Assembly (NCBI GenBank): GCA_016709155.1
Contig: JADJEI010000013.1
Location: forward strand, 904,093-968,092
DNA from: Ignavibacteriales bacterium
Lineage (GTDB): Bacteria; Bacteroidota; Ignavibacteria; Ignavibacteriales; Ignavibacteriaceae
Length of the DNA stretch: 64,000 bases
Reading direction: 5' to 3'
Shown: positions 10,781-20,074 of the stretch, one piece after another
Layout of the letters: each line of letters starts with the position of its first letter
Numbering within the stretch: the first letter of the stretch is position 1
Program-made: the position numbers and the translations under genes
Notes under the pieces: generated by a model
The model's input: only the letters and a program-made list of their open reading frames with translations
Databases searched by the model: none
What the model was told of the DNA's origin: nothing

Positions 10781-12043
10781 ATGACAGTAATAAATCTTCT
10801 GTTCAAAAATTCTCGGCCCCTAAAGTATTTTATCTTTAGTCTTAGTTGTGTTGTTTTTGCAGTGATGTTGACAAGCTGCGAGCAAAACCCCACCGCCCCA
10901 AATGAACCGCCCAAACCCCCCGGCTACCAGGAAGATATTTACTGGCCCAGCCTTGCCGATAGCCCCTGGCCTATGAACCATCACGATCCGCAGAATACGG
11001 GGAGGAGTAAAATCAGTGGTTTCATAGTTGGTAACATATTGGCAGAATTAGAGGAATATTTTATTCAAACCGGTATTTCGGTATCACCTGATTCATCATT
11101 TTATTTGGTTACTTCATATCCGAGCGTTATTCGTTCATTCACAAAGGAAGGAATTGAAAAATGGAATATACAATTAGGAGATTATGAATCCTTTGTAACT
11201 CCTGCCATATCCGCAAGAGGGTATATTTATTCCATAGCCGCACAAGAAGGGTTACTATATCAAATTGATCTTACTGGGAAAATCAAATGGATATATCAAG
11301 ATCCTTATCCAATTTGGCAAAGTGGTATAAGTATTGGATTAGACGAAACAATTTATTTTGTTAATTCAAACAATGAACTTAAAGCGATTGATTTATATGG
11401 GAATTTAATTTGGAGTGTTAGTAATCAAAAGTTCGGAACCAGTACTCAGTCATTTACTGTTTTCTCTCCGGATGGAAAAACTCTATATATTCCGGGAGAA
11501 AATACTGTATCCTTAGTAGCATTTGACATTATAAGCCAACAGATTAAATGGGAAATAGGGCAAACTCCATTACTTGCGCCTCCAGTAATAAATTCAGGGG
11601 GGGATGCTTATATTTTCTGTTCGATTGAAGACATTAACGAATCACGTCCTTCATTGTTTTGCATTTCTGAAAAGGGTGAAATACACTGGGATTATGATTA
11701 CCAAAAAGATCATTCAATTCCCATAATCAATAATTCGGGGGGAGCATTGGATAGATACGGTAATTTTTATTTTGCCGAAGATACCTTATACAAAGTGGAT
11801 TATAATGGAAATCAGAAATGGAAAAAAAGTTTGGATGTTACAAACTGGACTCCAATTATTGTAGATGTCAATGACAATATATTCGTGACAACGATAAATA
11901 AAATATATAAATTTGATCAATCGGGGAATCAAATTACTACAACTGATTTGAATACAATTACCGGAGGATCACCCGCGATTTCTTATGGAGGAAAGGTCTT
12001 AATACCATCATGGAAATCGAAGGAAATCTTTATAATAAATTAA
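10781..12043 (+). CDS. lipoprotein, PQQ/BamB-like beta-propeller repeat protein (cassette gene A1)
   Basis: Lipobox LTSC. First ~77 aa nearly identical to A2/A3. Repeated G.IY/W-containing blade-like units. Confidence 0.7.
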   Translation: MTVINLLFKNSRPLKYFIFSLSCVVFAVMLTSCEQNPTAPNEPPKPPGYQEDIYWPSLADSPWPMNHHDPQNTGRSKISGFIVGNILAELEEYFIQTGISVSPDSSFYLVTSYPSVIRSFTKEGIEKWNIQLGDYESFVTPAISARGYIYSIAAQEGLLYQIDLTGKIKWIYQDPYPIWQSGISIGLDETIYFVNSNNELKAIDLYGNLIWSVSNQKFGTSTQSFTVFSPDGKTLYIPGENTVSLVAFDIISQQIKWEIGQTPLLAPPVINSGGDAYIFCSIEDINESRPSLFCISEKGEIHWDYDYQKDHSIPIINNSGGALDRYGNFYFAEDTLYKVDYNGNQKWKKSLDVTNWTPIIVDVNDNIFVTTINKIYKFDQSGNQITTTDLNTITGGSPAISYGGKVLIPSWKSKEIFIIN

Positions 12044-12053
12044 AGGCATCTAA

Positions 12054-12476
12054 ATGAAATTAATTTTGTTGTTCTTTTTTATGTTAATAAATTTATCGGC
12101 TCAAGAATTCCTACCCCCTCCAGTAGAAATCTATGTTTGGCAGCAGGATAATATATATTCTGCTCCAGTTGAATATCACTTCGATGCTCAATCAATCGTA
12201 TGAGACCAAAATCATAACATCAATATTATAGACCCCGTAGATGGTGATGATATTATTATTACAAAGTTTTTCATATAAGGTAATATGTTGACTTCAAGTA
12301 ACGGAGGATGGCATTTTATTATATCTAATAGCGGCGGTAGCAGTTCACAAGGCTATGAATACCCTGTTATAGGGTATGGATTATATAAGGTATACACAAT
12401 ACAAAGTCCCGAATATTATTTTGAATATAATCAATTGTTCCAGGGCTGTTCAGAAATGGGCAGCCTTTTTTATTAG
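12054..12476 (+). pseudogene. truncated remnant of a cassette B-type (T9SS-tailed) gene
   Basis: 49-codon ORF with signal peptide (MKLILLFFFMLINLSAQ) and VEIYVWQQ matching B2/B3 LEIFTLTT/VEIFIIIQ, then stops. 12285..12476 keeps the GLYKVY..YYFEYN motif and runs into the terminator. Confidence 0.6.
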
Positions 12477-12505
12477 TTGACATTTCATTTCTTTGTGCTT
12501 AAGTT
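12443..12505 (+). promoter_or_regulatory. terminator + TTGACA-N17-TAAGTT promoter module, copy 3
   Basis: GGGCTGTTCAGAAATGGGCAGCCTTTTTT, then TTGACA 12477..12482 and TAAGTT 12500..12505. Confidence 0.6.
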
Positions 12506-12533
12506 TCAAACAAAAATATTTAGGGATAAAAAT

Positions 12534-13850
12534 ATGACAGTAAAAAATCATCTGTTCAAAAACTCTCGGCCCCTAAAGTATTTTATCTTTAGTCTTAGTT
12601 GTGTTGTTTTTGCAGTGATATTAACAAGCTGCGAACAAAACCCCACCGCCCCAAACGAACCGCCAAAACCTTACGGCTACCAGGAAGATATTTACTGGCC
12701 CAGCCTTGCAGATAGCCCCTGGCCTATGAATCATCACGATCCTCAGAGTACAGGCAGGAGTAAATATTTTGGTCCTAGTATCGGTACAATTGAGTGGATT
12801 GTTGATAGCGTAATCATTATGAGTTCGATCTCCATTGGGATAGACTCGTCAATATATTTACCATCACAATCAAGTGCTCATAACGGCTTTTTTTCGTTCA
12901 GCCCCAAAGGTGAATTAAATTGGAAACTTAGTGTACCTGAGGATATTATATTTTCATATGATGTCTCAACACCATTAGCGGCAGCAGATGGCACTATCTA
13001 TTTTACAGGTGGCTTATATGGTGCAATTTATGCAATTAATCCCAATGGTAGTATTAAATGGGAATTTCATCCTGAGAGTTCAATTTATCAAACAGGAATA
13101 AATTTAGGTTTAGATGGAACTATTTATTTTATAACTGTGAATAAAGAGTTGTTTGCTCTCGACCATAATGGGGGTTTAAAATGGACTTTCAAAAATGATG
13201 ATTTCTTCAGCGGTCTTGGTTCCGTCCTTTCTTTTTCTCCTGATGGTAGGACCCTGTATATACTTGGTAAATCAATTTCGTTGTATTCATTTGATATCCA
13301 ATCTCAATCTATAAATTGGACATTCGGAACCGAAACTCTGTATGCTGCACCAATTGTTGATGATGAGGGAAATATATATATACAATCTGCCTCACCGGAT
13401 TTCAATAATGGCATCAACTCTCTATTTTGTTTGAAACCGGATGGAAGTGTCAAATGGTCATTCGCGCACAACAATCCTCAAATGGATCAATCCTATGGCT
13501 ATGCAGAAGGAACAATTGATAAGTTGGGTAATATTTATTTCGCCTTTGATACTCTTTATTCTTTAAATTATTTGGGTCAGTTAAACTGGAAGATCCCTTT
13601 GAATGGTTTTACAGCGTCACCTTTAATATGCGATGCAAATGGAACAGTTTATATTAGCGTTTCTACTGTGGAATCGTATGCACTTAGTGAAATTATTGCG
13701 GTAGATAGTGATGGCAATTTTTTATGGAAAGTACCGATATCATCAATTTCTCCACTTGGAGATGTACTTGGTCTTTCACCAGCACTAAATAATGATAGAA
13801 GACTTTTTGTTCCAACATTTAAACAATATAGATTTTTTGTAATTAAATAA
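12534..13850 (+). CDS. lipoprotein, PQQ/BamB-like beta-propeller repeat protein (cassette gene A2)
   Basis: ATG at 12534 is homologous to the A1 start (MTVKNHLFKNSRPLKYF...LTSCEQNP). The ORF-track TTG at 12477 is the promoter -35 box. Confidence 0.75.
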   Translation: MTVKNHLFKNSRPLKYFIFSLSCVVFAVILTSCEQNPTAPNEPPKPYGYQEDIYWPSLADSPWPMNHHDPQSTGRSKYFGPSIGTIEWIVDSVIIMSSISIGIDSSIYLPSQSSAHNGFFSFSPKGELNWKLSVPEDIIFSYDVSTPLAAADGTIYFTGGLYGAIYAINPNGSIKWEFHPESSIYQTGINLGLDGTIYFITVNKELFALDHNGGLKWTFKNDDFFSGLGSVLSFSPDGRTLYILGKSISLYSFDIQSQSINWTFGTETLYAAPIVDDEGNIYIQSASPDFNNGINSLFCLKPDGSVKWSFAHNNPQMDQSYGYAEGTIDKLGNIYFAFDTLYSLNYLGQLNWKIPLNGFTASPLICDANGTVYISVSTVESYALSEIIAVDSDGNFLWKVPISSISPLGDVLGLSPALNNDRRLFVPTFKQYRFFVIK

Positions 13851-13864
13851 TACAGGAGAGTGTG

Positions 13865-15066
13865 ATGTTTTTAAATTTCGATATTACCTGCTTGTTTTAT
13901 TGTTTGCCTCAACTTTTCAAATTCTATCACAAGAATCAGAATTTCAACTAGAAATCTTTACGCTTACAACTGGATTTGGAGAATATGATGTAACGCGATT
14001 CAGATTGGATCCTTTGGGTGAAGTCTATTGTACGGATAGTTATTCCAACTATTTTCACGTTCCTAACGAAAGGAATACCATAGCATTAGAAGAGGTTACA
14101 GGCAATAACAGCGGTGGATATTTAGGACTTCAAATATGCTTTAATGATGATTCTGATTATGGAAAATTTTGGTTAGGATTGTATAAATTTTCCATTCAAT
14201 ATTTTAATGGGGGTGAGTGGATTGATTATTTCCATTTTTATATAGACTATAGGGATTGTTGGTATGGTAGATCTGGAATTGGAGGCTGTAACTCGAGTGA
14301 TATTGTTATTAAATATGATAATAATCTTGGCAAAACTTTTTGGGCATACGGCATACCTACACCCAATACTCAGTATACTGAATTAACACAGAATGAAGTA
14401 TTGAATTGGTGGGAAGCTAATGAATGTGATTCACATTGTGTAGAAGATTTTGAATCTATAATATTTCCTCAGTTAGAAAATGTAATTATAAACCAGCAGA
14501 ACCATGTTCAATTAAACTGGTCGGAGCCCGATCCCGCTTATGATATTGTTACAAACTATCAAGTTTGGAGAATGATGTTTTCGGGTAGATATGCCGGTCA
14601 GTTCAAATTGCGCACAACTGTAAGCTCAGGTGTTACTTCTTACACAGATTTATCACTCGATATTACTCAAAACCAGAATGGTGAGTTACTCCAATACAAA
14701 GTTGTTGCGCTGTTCCAAAGCAAACCTGATGAGCCATCGAATATTCAAAAAATAAGATTTTATTTTAACGAGGAAAAAAATGTTTTCGAAGTTAATCAGA
14801 CTATGGATTTTGAATTATCTCAAAATATTCCCAACCCCTTCAACCCAAGCACAAGTATTAGCTATTCAATTCCTGAAAATGCTTTTGTTACTTTGAAGAT
14901 TTATGATGTACTTGGAAATGAAGTTGAGGTTTTAATTAACGAGCAGAAAGAGTCGGGCAATTATCAAATAGACTTTAATGCAAGCGAACTTTCCAGCGGA
15001 ATTTATTATTACACATTAACCGCAGGAAATTTTACAAGCACGAAGAAGATGATCCTGGTGAAGTAA
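13865..15066 (+). CDS. secreted protein with FN3-like region and T9SS C-terminal sorting domain (cassette gene B2); start-region frameshift
   Basis: ATG 13865 plus one extra T in T5 13868..13872 gives signal peptide MFFKFRYYLLVLLFASTFQILSQ. The ORF track starts at TTG 13900. C-terminal NIPNPFNPSTSISY... tail. Confidence 0.65.
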
Positions 15067-15069
15067 AAG

Positions 15070-15122
15070 CCTCACCCGAACCCCGCTAAGCGGGGCAAGC
15101 CCCTCTCCAAAGGAGAGGGGAG
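15070..15122. repeat. GC-rich double-hairpin REP-like element
   Basis: CCCCGCtaaGCGGGG (15081..15095) and CCCCTCTCCaaaGGAGAGGGG (15100..15120). Confidence 0.6.
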
Positions 15123-15147
15123 TCTTTTGAATATAATTAATTGTTCT

Positions 15148-15211
15148 AAGGCTGCTCAGAAATGGGCAGCCTTTTTTATTAGTTGACAATGGCAAGCTTT
15201 ATCCATAAATT
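15148..15211 (+). promoter_or_regulatory. terminator + TTGACA-N17-TAAATT promoter module, copy 4
   Basis: AAGGCTGCTCAGAAATGGGCAGCCTTTTTT, then TTGACA 15183..15188 and TAAATT 15206..15211. Confidence 0.6.
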
Positions 15212-15240
15212 ACAAACAAAAATATTTAAGGGATAAAAAA

Positions 15241-16487
15241 ATGACAGCAATAAAGCTTCTGTTCAAAAATCTCGGCCCCTAAAGTATTTTATCTTTAGAC
15301 TTACTTGTGTTGTATTTGCAGTGATGTTGACAAGCTGCGAGCAAAACCCCACCGCCCCAAATGAACCGCCCAAACCCCCCGGCTATCAGGAAGATATTTA
15401 CTGGCCCAGCCTTGCCGGTAGCCCCTGGCCTATGGAACATCATGACCCACAAAATACTGGGCGAAGTAACATTGTAGGCCCAACCTTTGGTGTCATTGAA
15501 AAAATTATTGACGATGTTTTTTCAAATACTGGTATTGTCATTAATGGGGACTCAACTATTTATTTTGCTTGTCAGTACGAACTTAAAGCCTATTCATTCT
15601 TCGGTAATCTTAAATGGAAAATTTCATTTGCTTCAGAAACACTTTCAACCCCAATTATAGGAAATGATGGGACTATTTACGCATTATACTCCGACACGAT
15701 CAAAGCAATAAATCACAATGGTACTATAAAATGGGTGCTTCCAGTACATGCTAAAAATAGTGGAGGCATGAATATTGGGAGAGATGGTACACTGTATTTT
15801 TGTGATAGCGAGGAGCACACTCTTTATGCAGTAAGTAAGTACGGGAAACTATTATGGACAATGAATGACGAAAGAATGATGGGCTGGAACTCGCCAACAT
15901 TCTCTCCGGATGGTAATACGATATATTTACCTGGCAATCAAATATCTGTCGTCGCTATCGATATTGAGAACAAAAAAGTTAAATGGGAATTTGGTTCAAT
16001 AATTAGTGGCTCGGATTTCCTTGTTGATTCAGACGGAAATATATATTTATATACCGATCAATATGTCGATAATGAACATATATTCGGAATATACTCGCTC
16101 AATCAAAATGGTTTTATCCGATGGTATCATAGAGATATTAAAAATATTAATAGTGCTTTTACGATGGATGTGAATGGAAACTTAATTTATGGGGTTGATA
16201 CACTTCATTCTTTAAATTATAGCGGAAATCTAAATTGGAGTTTTCCTCTGAATGGATTTGTTGCCGCCAATTCCCTGGTGTGTGATTTTAATTCGAATAT
16301 TTATGCAATTTCCTCTGAATTATTTTCACAAGGATTCTCATTATTCTGTATTGATAAAGCAGGAATTCTAAAATATTCTATTATTTCTACATTCACCGGG
16401 TGGATCACTAATTCTTCTCCGGCAATAGCATTTAATAGACTAATCATACCCACTGAAGAATCAAATATTGCATATATCATAAAATGA
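15241..16487 (+). pseudogene. beta-propeller lipoprotein A3 with 1-nt deletion in the signal-peptide region
   Basis: ATG 15241 reads MTAIKLLFKNLGP*. Relative to A1/A2 (AAAAATTCTCGG) one T is missing at ~15270. The remainder (15321..16487) is intact and homologous. Confidence 0.7.
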
Positions 16488-16523
16488 AGAAAAAGTAAAA
16501 TGAAAAAAATAAAAAATAATTAA

Positions 16524-17687
16524 GATAATTTTACCCAAAGTCTTGCTTGGCCAGTCGACGTCGAGATTTTTATAATCATTCAAGGTTTGAATGCCGGCGA
16601 AAGTGTAGGATTCAGAATGGTTGCTCAAGGGGCAGTATGGAAAAGTTTAGGTCTTTGGGAGTTTCAATTAACTAATGAATATCATGATGTTTATTATCCA
16701 GGCGAATGTTTGATCACTGGCAATACGATCGGTAATTGGGCTTACGGCAATAATATTGCCGGTGGAAATTCCTTTAATCAACATACTATTGGTTATTCAT
16801 TGTATCGTTTAGAAGTTTATAATAACTATTGTGAATTTTTCCCAACCGTTTATTATTTTGATTACAGAGATTGTGATTATCCATTACGCACTAGGCCTGA
16901 TGGGACACCCTCACCTAATAGTAATAGCACAGGAGGAAATGACATTTGGATATTATACGATGCCCCCACTACTACCTGTTCTCTCAGTATAGATGGTGCA
17001 TTAACATAGCAATTGTTAAATAATAATGCTTATTCTAGTTATTGGGATATCAAAAACAAAAGTACACATTCGCCTTATACCAATTATTTCCCAAGCTACT
17101 GGCAAAATTGCCTTGCTCTAATTCCGTCATCGGGTAATCACCCCCATCTTGTTTGGGGACCTCATCCTACTTTTAATACTACCCAATACAGAATTTACAG
17201 AGCAGTTAGTAACTACCCCAGAAATCCTCAAGTTCTGAATTATTCCTTGATCACAACCGTAAGCTCTTCAACCTTTGATTATGTAGATTATGCTGTTCTA
17301 ATTATTCCAGGCTATCAATATGCTTATTATTATGTAGTTGGATGGGATGGAACTGTTCAATCGGATAAAACAAACTATGTAAGTACACAAGCAGTATTTT
17401 ATAAACAATCAGCTGAGATACCTAACGAATTTAGTATATCCCAAAATTACCCCAACCCATTCAACCCAAGCACAAGCATCAGCTATTCAATTCCGGAAAA
17501 TGCTTTTGTTACATTGAAGATTTATGATGTGCTTGGAAATGAAGTTGAGGCGTTAATAAACGAGCAGAAAGAGCCGGGTAATTATCAAATAGATTTTAAT
17601 GCAAGCGAACTTTCCAGTGGAATATATTATTATGCATTGACAGCAGGTAACTTTATAAGCACGAAAAAGATGTCGCTGATTAAATAA
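16524..17687 (+). pseudogene. cassette gene B3: T9SS-tailed protein lacking a signal peptide and carrying an in-frame TAG
   Basis: ORFs 16587..17009 and 17013..17687 share one frame, separated by TAG 17007..17009. The upstream ATG 16501 is out of frame and stops after 7 codons. The C-terminal tail is close to B2 at DNA level. Confidence 0.65.
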
Positions 17688-17718
17688 CGCCTTCATTTAT
17701 ACAGAAGTTCGTCGCCAG

Positions 17719-17757
17719 AAAAACCTCCAGGGTTTAGGAAAACTCTGGAGGTTTTTT
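17719..17757 (+). terminator. rho-independent terminator
   Basis: AAACCTCCAG ggtttaggaaaact CTGGAGGTTTTTT. Confidence 0.75.
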
Positions 17758-17879
17758 ATCGGAAGTCATCAAAGGTGTGCTAATTCTCCTTCCCAACCGC
17801 GGAATTTATCTTAACTGTGTCCTTTTTTATCTTATCCGTACTCTAATATTCGTTTTTTGTACGGTTTAGTACTTTCTGG

Positions 17880-18226
17880 GTGTCAAAGATGTTATCAAAT
17901 CTAAATAATTTAATAAATTATATGAATAATAATATGAAATATCTAAATAATATTATCTATTATCTAAATATTATTAAGAATTATTAAAATAATAAATAGT
18001 ATTATTTATATAAATCTATATATTACTTGAATAATAATATATTTAACTTATATATTATTTATTATTATTTGTATAATAGAATAAAATATTTGAGTAATAA
18101 TTAGAATTACTTAAGTATTTTTTATTATACTTCAAATAAAATATTAAATAATTTAGATAATACTTAATATTATCTGCCAGTATTTATAAATTGTGTGCGT
18201 TAATACTAAACTAATGAGGATTTTTT
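17880..18226. other. extreme A+T tract upstream of 18227..18859
   Basis: Hand count gives 5, 4 and 7 G+C in the three 60-nt lines 17941..18120. TCTAAATA recurs three times direct and once inverted. No ORF. Confidence 0.8.
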
Positions 18227-18859
18227 ATGCCAAAGCAGGACTATATACCAAAATTAAAGCCCAAACTTTTCACGTGGGTTAAATCTTTTCTGACAAACTT
18301 TCCCACGCTTGCCCCCGGGCTTGGAATTTCTGCCCCCTCCGTTACCGATTTAACAAACCGTCTTAACGATTACCTGACCGCTTACACCGAAATGATAAGT
18401 CTGCGTGCAACCTACCACGCCAAAGTCGCCGAAGTGAAATTGAAACGCAAGCACGCCATCTCCGAAGTGGGTGGGGTAAGGTCAATTGTGAAAATTATGA
18501 AGGCGAGCAGTGCCTACACCCTTGCAGTAGGAGAAAGTTTACAAGTCGAGCTTGATGCGCCTGTGCCGGATAGGAACAATATGCAGCCGCGCTTTAAGGC
18601 AGAGGTGGATGCAAATAGGATTGTAAAATTATTTTATAAGAAAGGAATTGCCAGCGGAGTGAATGCGTATTGCCGACGCGAAGGCGAAAAAGATTTTATT
18701 TTTATCGGGACCGATAGTATAAGTCCTATGCTTGATCCCCGCCCCAACCTAACCGATCAGCCTGAGGAAAGAGAGTATTATTTAATTTATGTAATTGACG
18801 ATGTCCAGGTTGGAAAGAAATCGCCCATCCTAAAGGTTACGGTTGACAAGAAGGGGTAG
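18227..18859 (+). CDS. hypothetical protein, paralogue of 35778..36389 (helical N-half, beta-rich C-terminal module)
   Basis: Clean ORF, visibly higher G+C than neighbours. Shares KDxIPx start and C-terminal RRxGE...EREY..YVIxDVxVG...V motif with 35778..36389. Confidence 0.7.
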   Translation: MPKQDYIPKLKPKLFTWVKSFLTNFPTLAPGLGISAPSVTDLTNRLNDYLTAYTEMISLRATYHAKVAEVKLKRKHAISEVGGVRSIVKIMKASSAYTLAVGESLQVELDAPVPDRNNMQPRFKAEVDANRIVKLFYKKGIASGVNAYCRREGEKDFIFIGTDSISPMLDPRPNLTDQPEEREYYLIYVIDDVQVGKKSPILKVTVDKKG

Positions 18860-18887
18860 TATTTTTTGAATTCATTAATTTTAATTA

Positions 18888-18927
18888 GAAACCTTCGAGG
18901 GTTAGGAAAACCTCGAAGGTTTGTTTA
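18888..18927. terminator. bidirectional terminator between convergent genes
   Basis: AAACCTTCGAGG gttaggaaaa CCTCGAAGGTTT. Loop resembles that of 17719..17757. Confidence 0.7.
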
Positions 18928-18942
18928 GTGAATATAAATTAC

Positions 18943-19293
18943 TCATTCAACTTGTTTGTTCATTTTCCTCGAAAGAATATTTGCAAGAATAAACCCCATC
19001 CCTGAAAATGTGAACAAAGAGAACGGCACCCAGTATTCTTTTGTTGTATTATCTTCAAGCATCAATCCAAAGCCTAAACCAAGCCCGAAGAATAGGATCA
19101 CAATACCTATCTTCATCATTACATAAGGGTCTTTCTTTTCGCGGAAATATTCCCTCACATCCTCGGCTGATAAACCTTTGTCAATCAATGCTTGCTTTTC
19201 TTTAGAACGAAGATAAAATACAGTGACCAAAACCAATCCAGTTACCACTGCAAATACAATCGGTATAAAAACCGCAATTACTTCTTCTCTCAT
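18943..19293 (-). CDS. small membrane protein (3 predicted TM helices)
   Basis: Hydrophobic segments VIAVFIPIVFAVVTGLVLVTVFYL, IGIVILFFGLGLGFGLML, FSLFTFSGMGFILANIL. Divergent from the ECF sigma gene. Confidence 0.6.
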   Translation of the reverse strand: MREEVIAVFIPIVFAVVTGLVLVTVFYLRSKEKQALIDKGLSAEDVREYFREKKDPYVMMKIGIVILFFGLGLGFGLMLEDNTTKEYWVPFSLFTFSGMGFILANILSRKMNKQVE

Positions 19294-19507
19294 TTTATTG
19301 CTCCTTATTTTAAGTTAAATAAATTTTTATTTCTTCTGATAGATAAGACAAAGGATAAAGCAAACAGGTTACAAATTATTTTTTTACTCGTTCTTTAGTT
19401 AAGGGCTAAAGTCACTTCTGGTAAACCTTCTTTCCTTCCTATCAAGGAAAGAAGATTGTATATTTGTCGTTGTAACCGGTCATAGTTTCTATAAGTCTAA
19501 TAGGAAA

Positions 19508-20074
19508 ATGAAAAACATCACCGACATCGAAGTAATAGAATCCGTCCTTAAAGGAAATCAAAACGACTTTGCTTTATTGATAGATAGATATAAAAACAAA
19601 GCCTTCTCAATGCTGAAAAGAATGCTGCGTAACGATTCTGATGCTGAAGAGGTTTTGCAGGATTGTTTTTTGAAAGCATACAAGGCGTTAAATAATTTCA
19701 ATGGTGATGCAAAATTTTCAACCTGGTTTTACAGGATAGTTTATAACACAGCGTTGACAAAACTATCTTCAAAGAAAAGAAAAATAGAATCAGAGATGAC
19801 TTCGATAGATGAGCATTATGATATAGCGGATAACAGTATAAATATTTCAGAACAGTTCAGTGATTCAACCGAACTGATAAACAAAATGATTGAGAAACTT
19901 CCACCATCCTATTCAACAGTGATAAATTTATTTTATATGGAAGAAATGAGCTGTGAAGAAATAAGCAAAGTGATGAATACTTCTGTGTCAAATGTAAAAG
20001 TAATGCTGCACCGTTCAAGAAGCGCTCTTAAGGATATCATCATAAAAAAGAATTTAATACCGGAGTTGTTGTAA
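19508..20074 (+). CDS. ECF-type RNA polymerase sigma-70 family factor
   Basis: Region 2 (FSTWFYRIVYNTAL) and region 4 (EEMSCEEISKVMNTSVSNVKVMLHRSR) signatures. Confidence 0.9.
   Translation: MKNITDIEVIESVLKGNQNDFALLIDRYKNKAFSMLKRMLRNDSDAEEVLQDCFLKAYKALNNFNGDAKFSTWFYRIVYNTALTKLSSKKRKIESEMTSIDEHYDIADNSINISEQFSDSTELINKMIEKLPPSYSTVINLFYMEEMSCEEISKVMNTSVSNVKVMLHRSRSALKDIIIKKNLIPELL

Noticed and set aside
12477-12533. ORF-track start (TTG 12477) for the second beta-propeller gene
   Set aside because: That TTG is the TTGACA -35 box of the conserved promoter module. The homologous ATG of the other copies is at 12534.
17880-18226. Replication origin (A+T-rich unwinding element)
   Set aside because: I saw no TTATCCACA-type DnaA boxes, and no dnaA/dnaN or other origin-linked genes are nearby.
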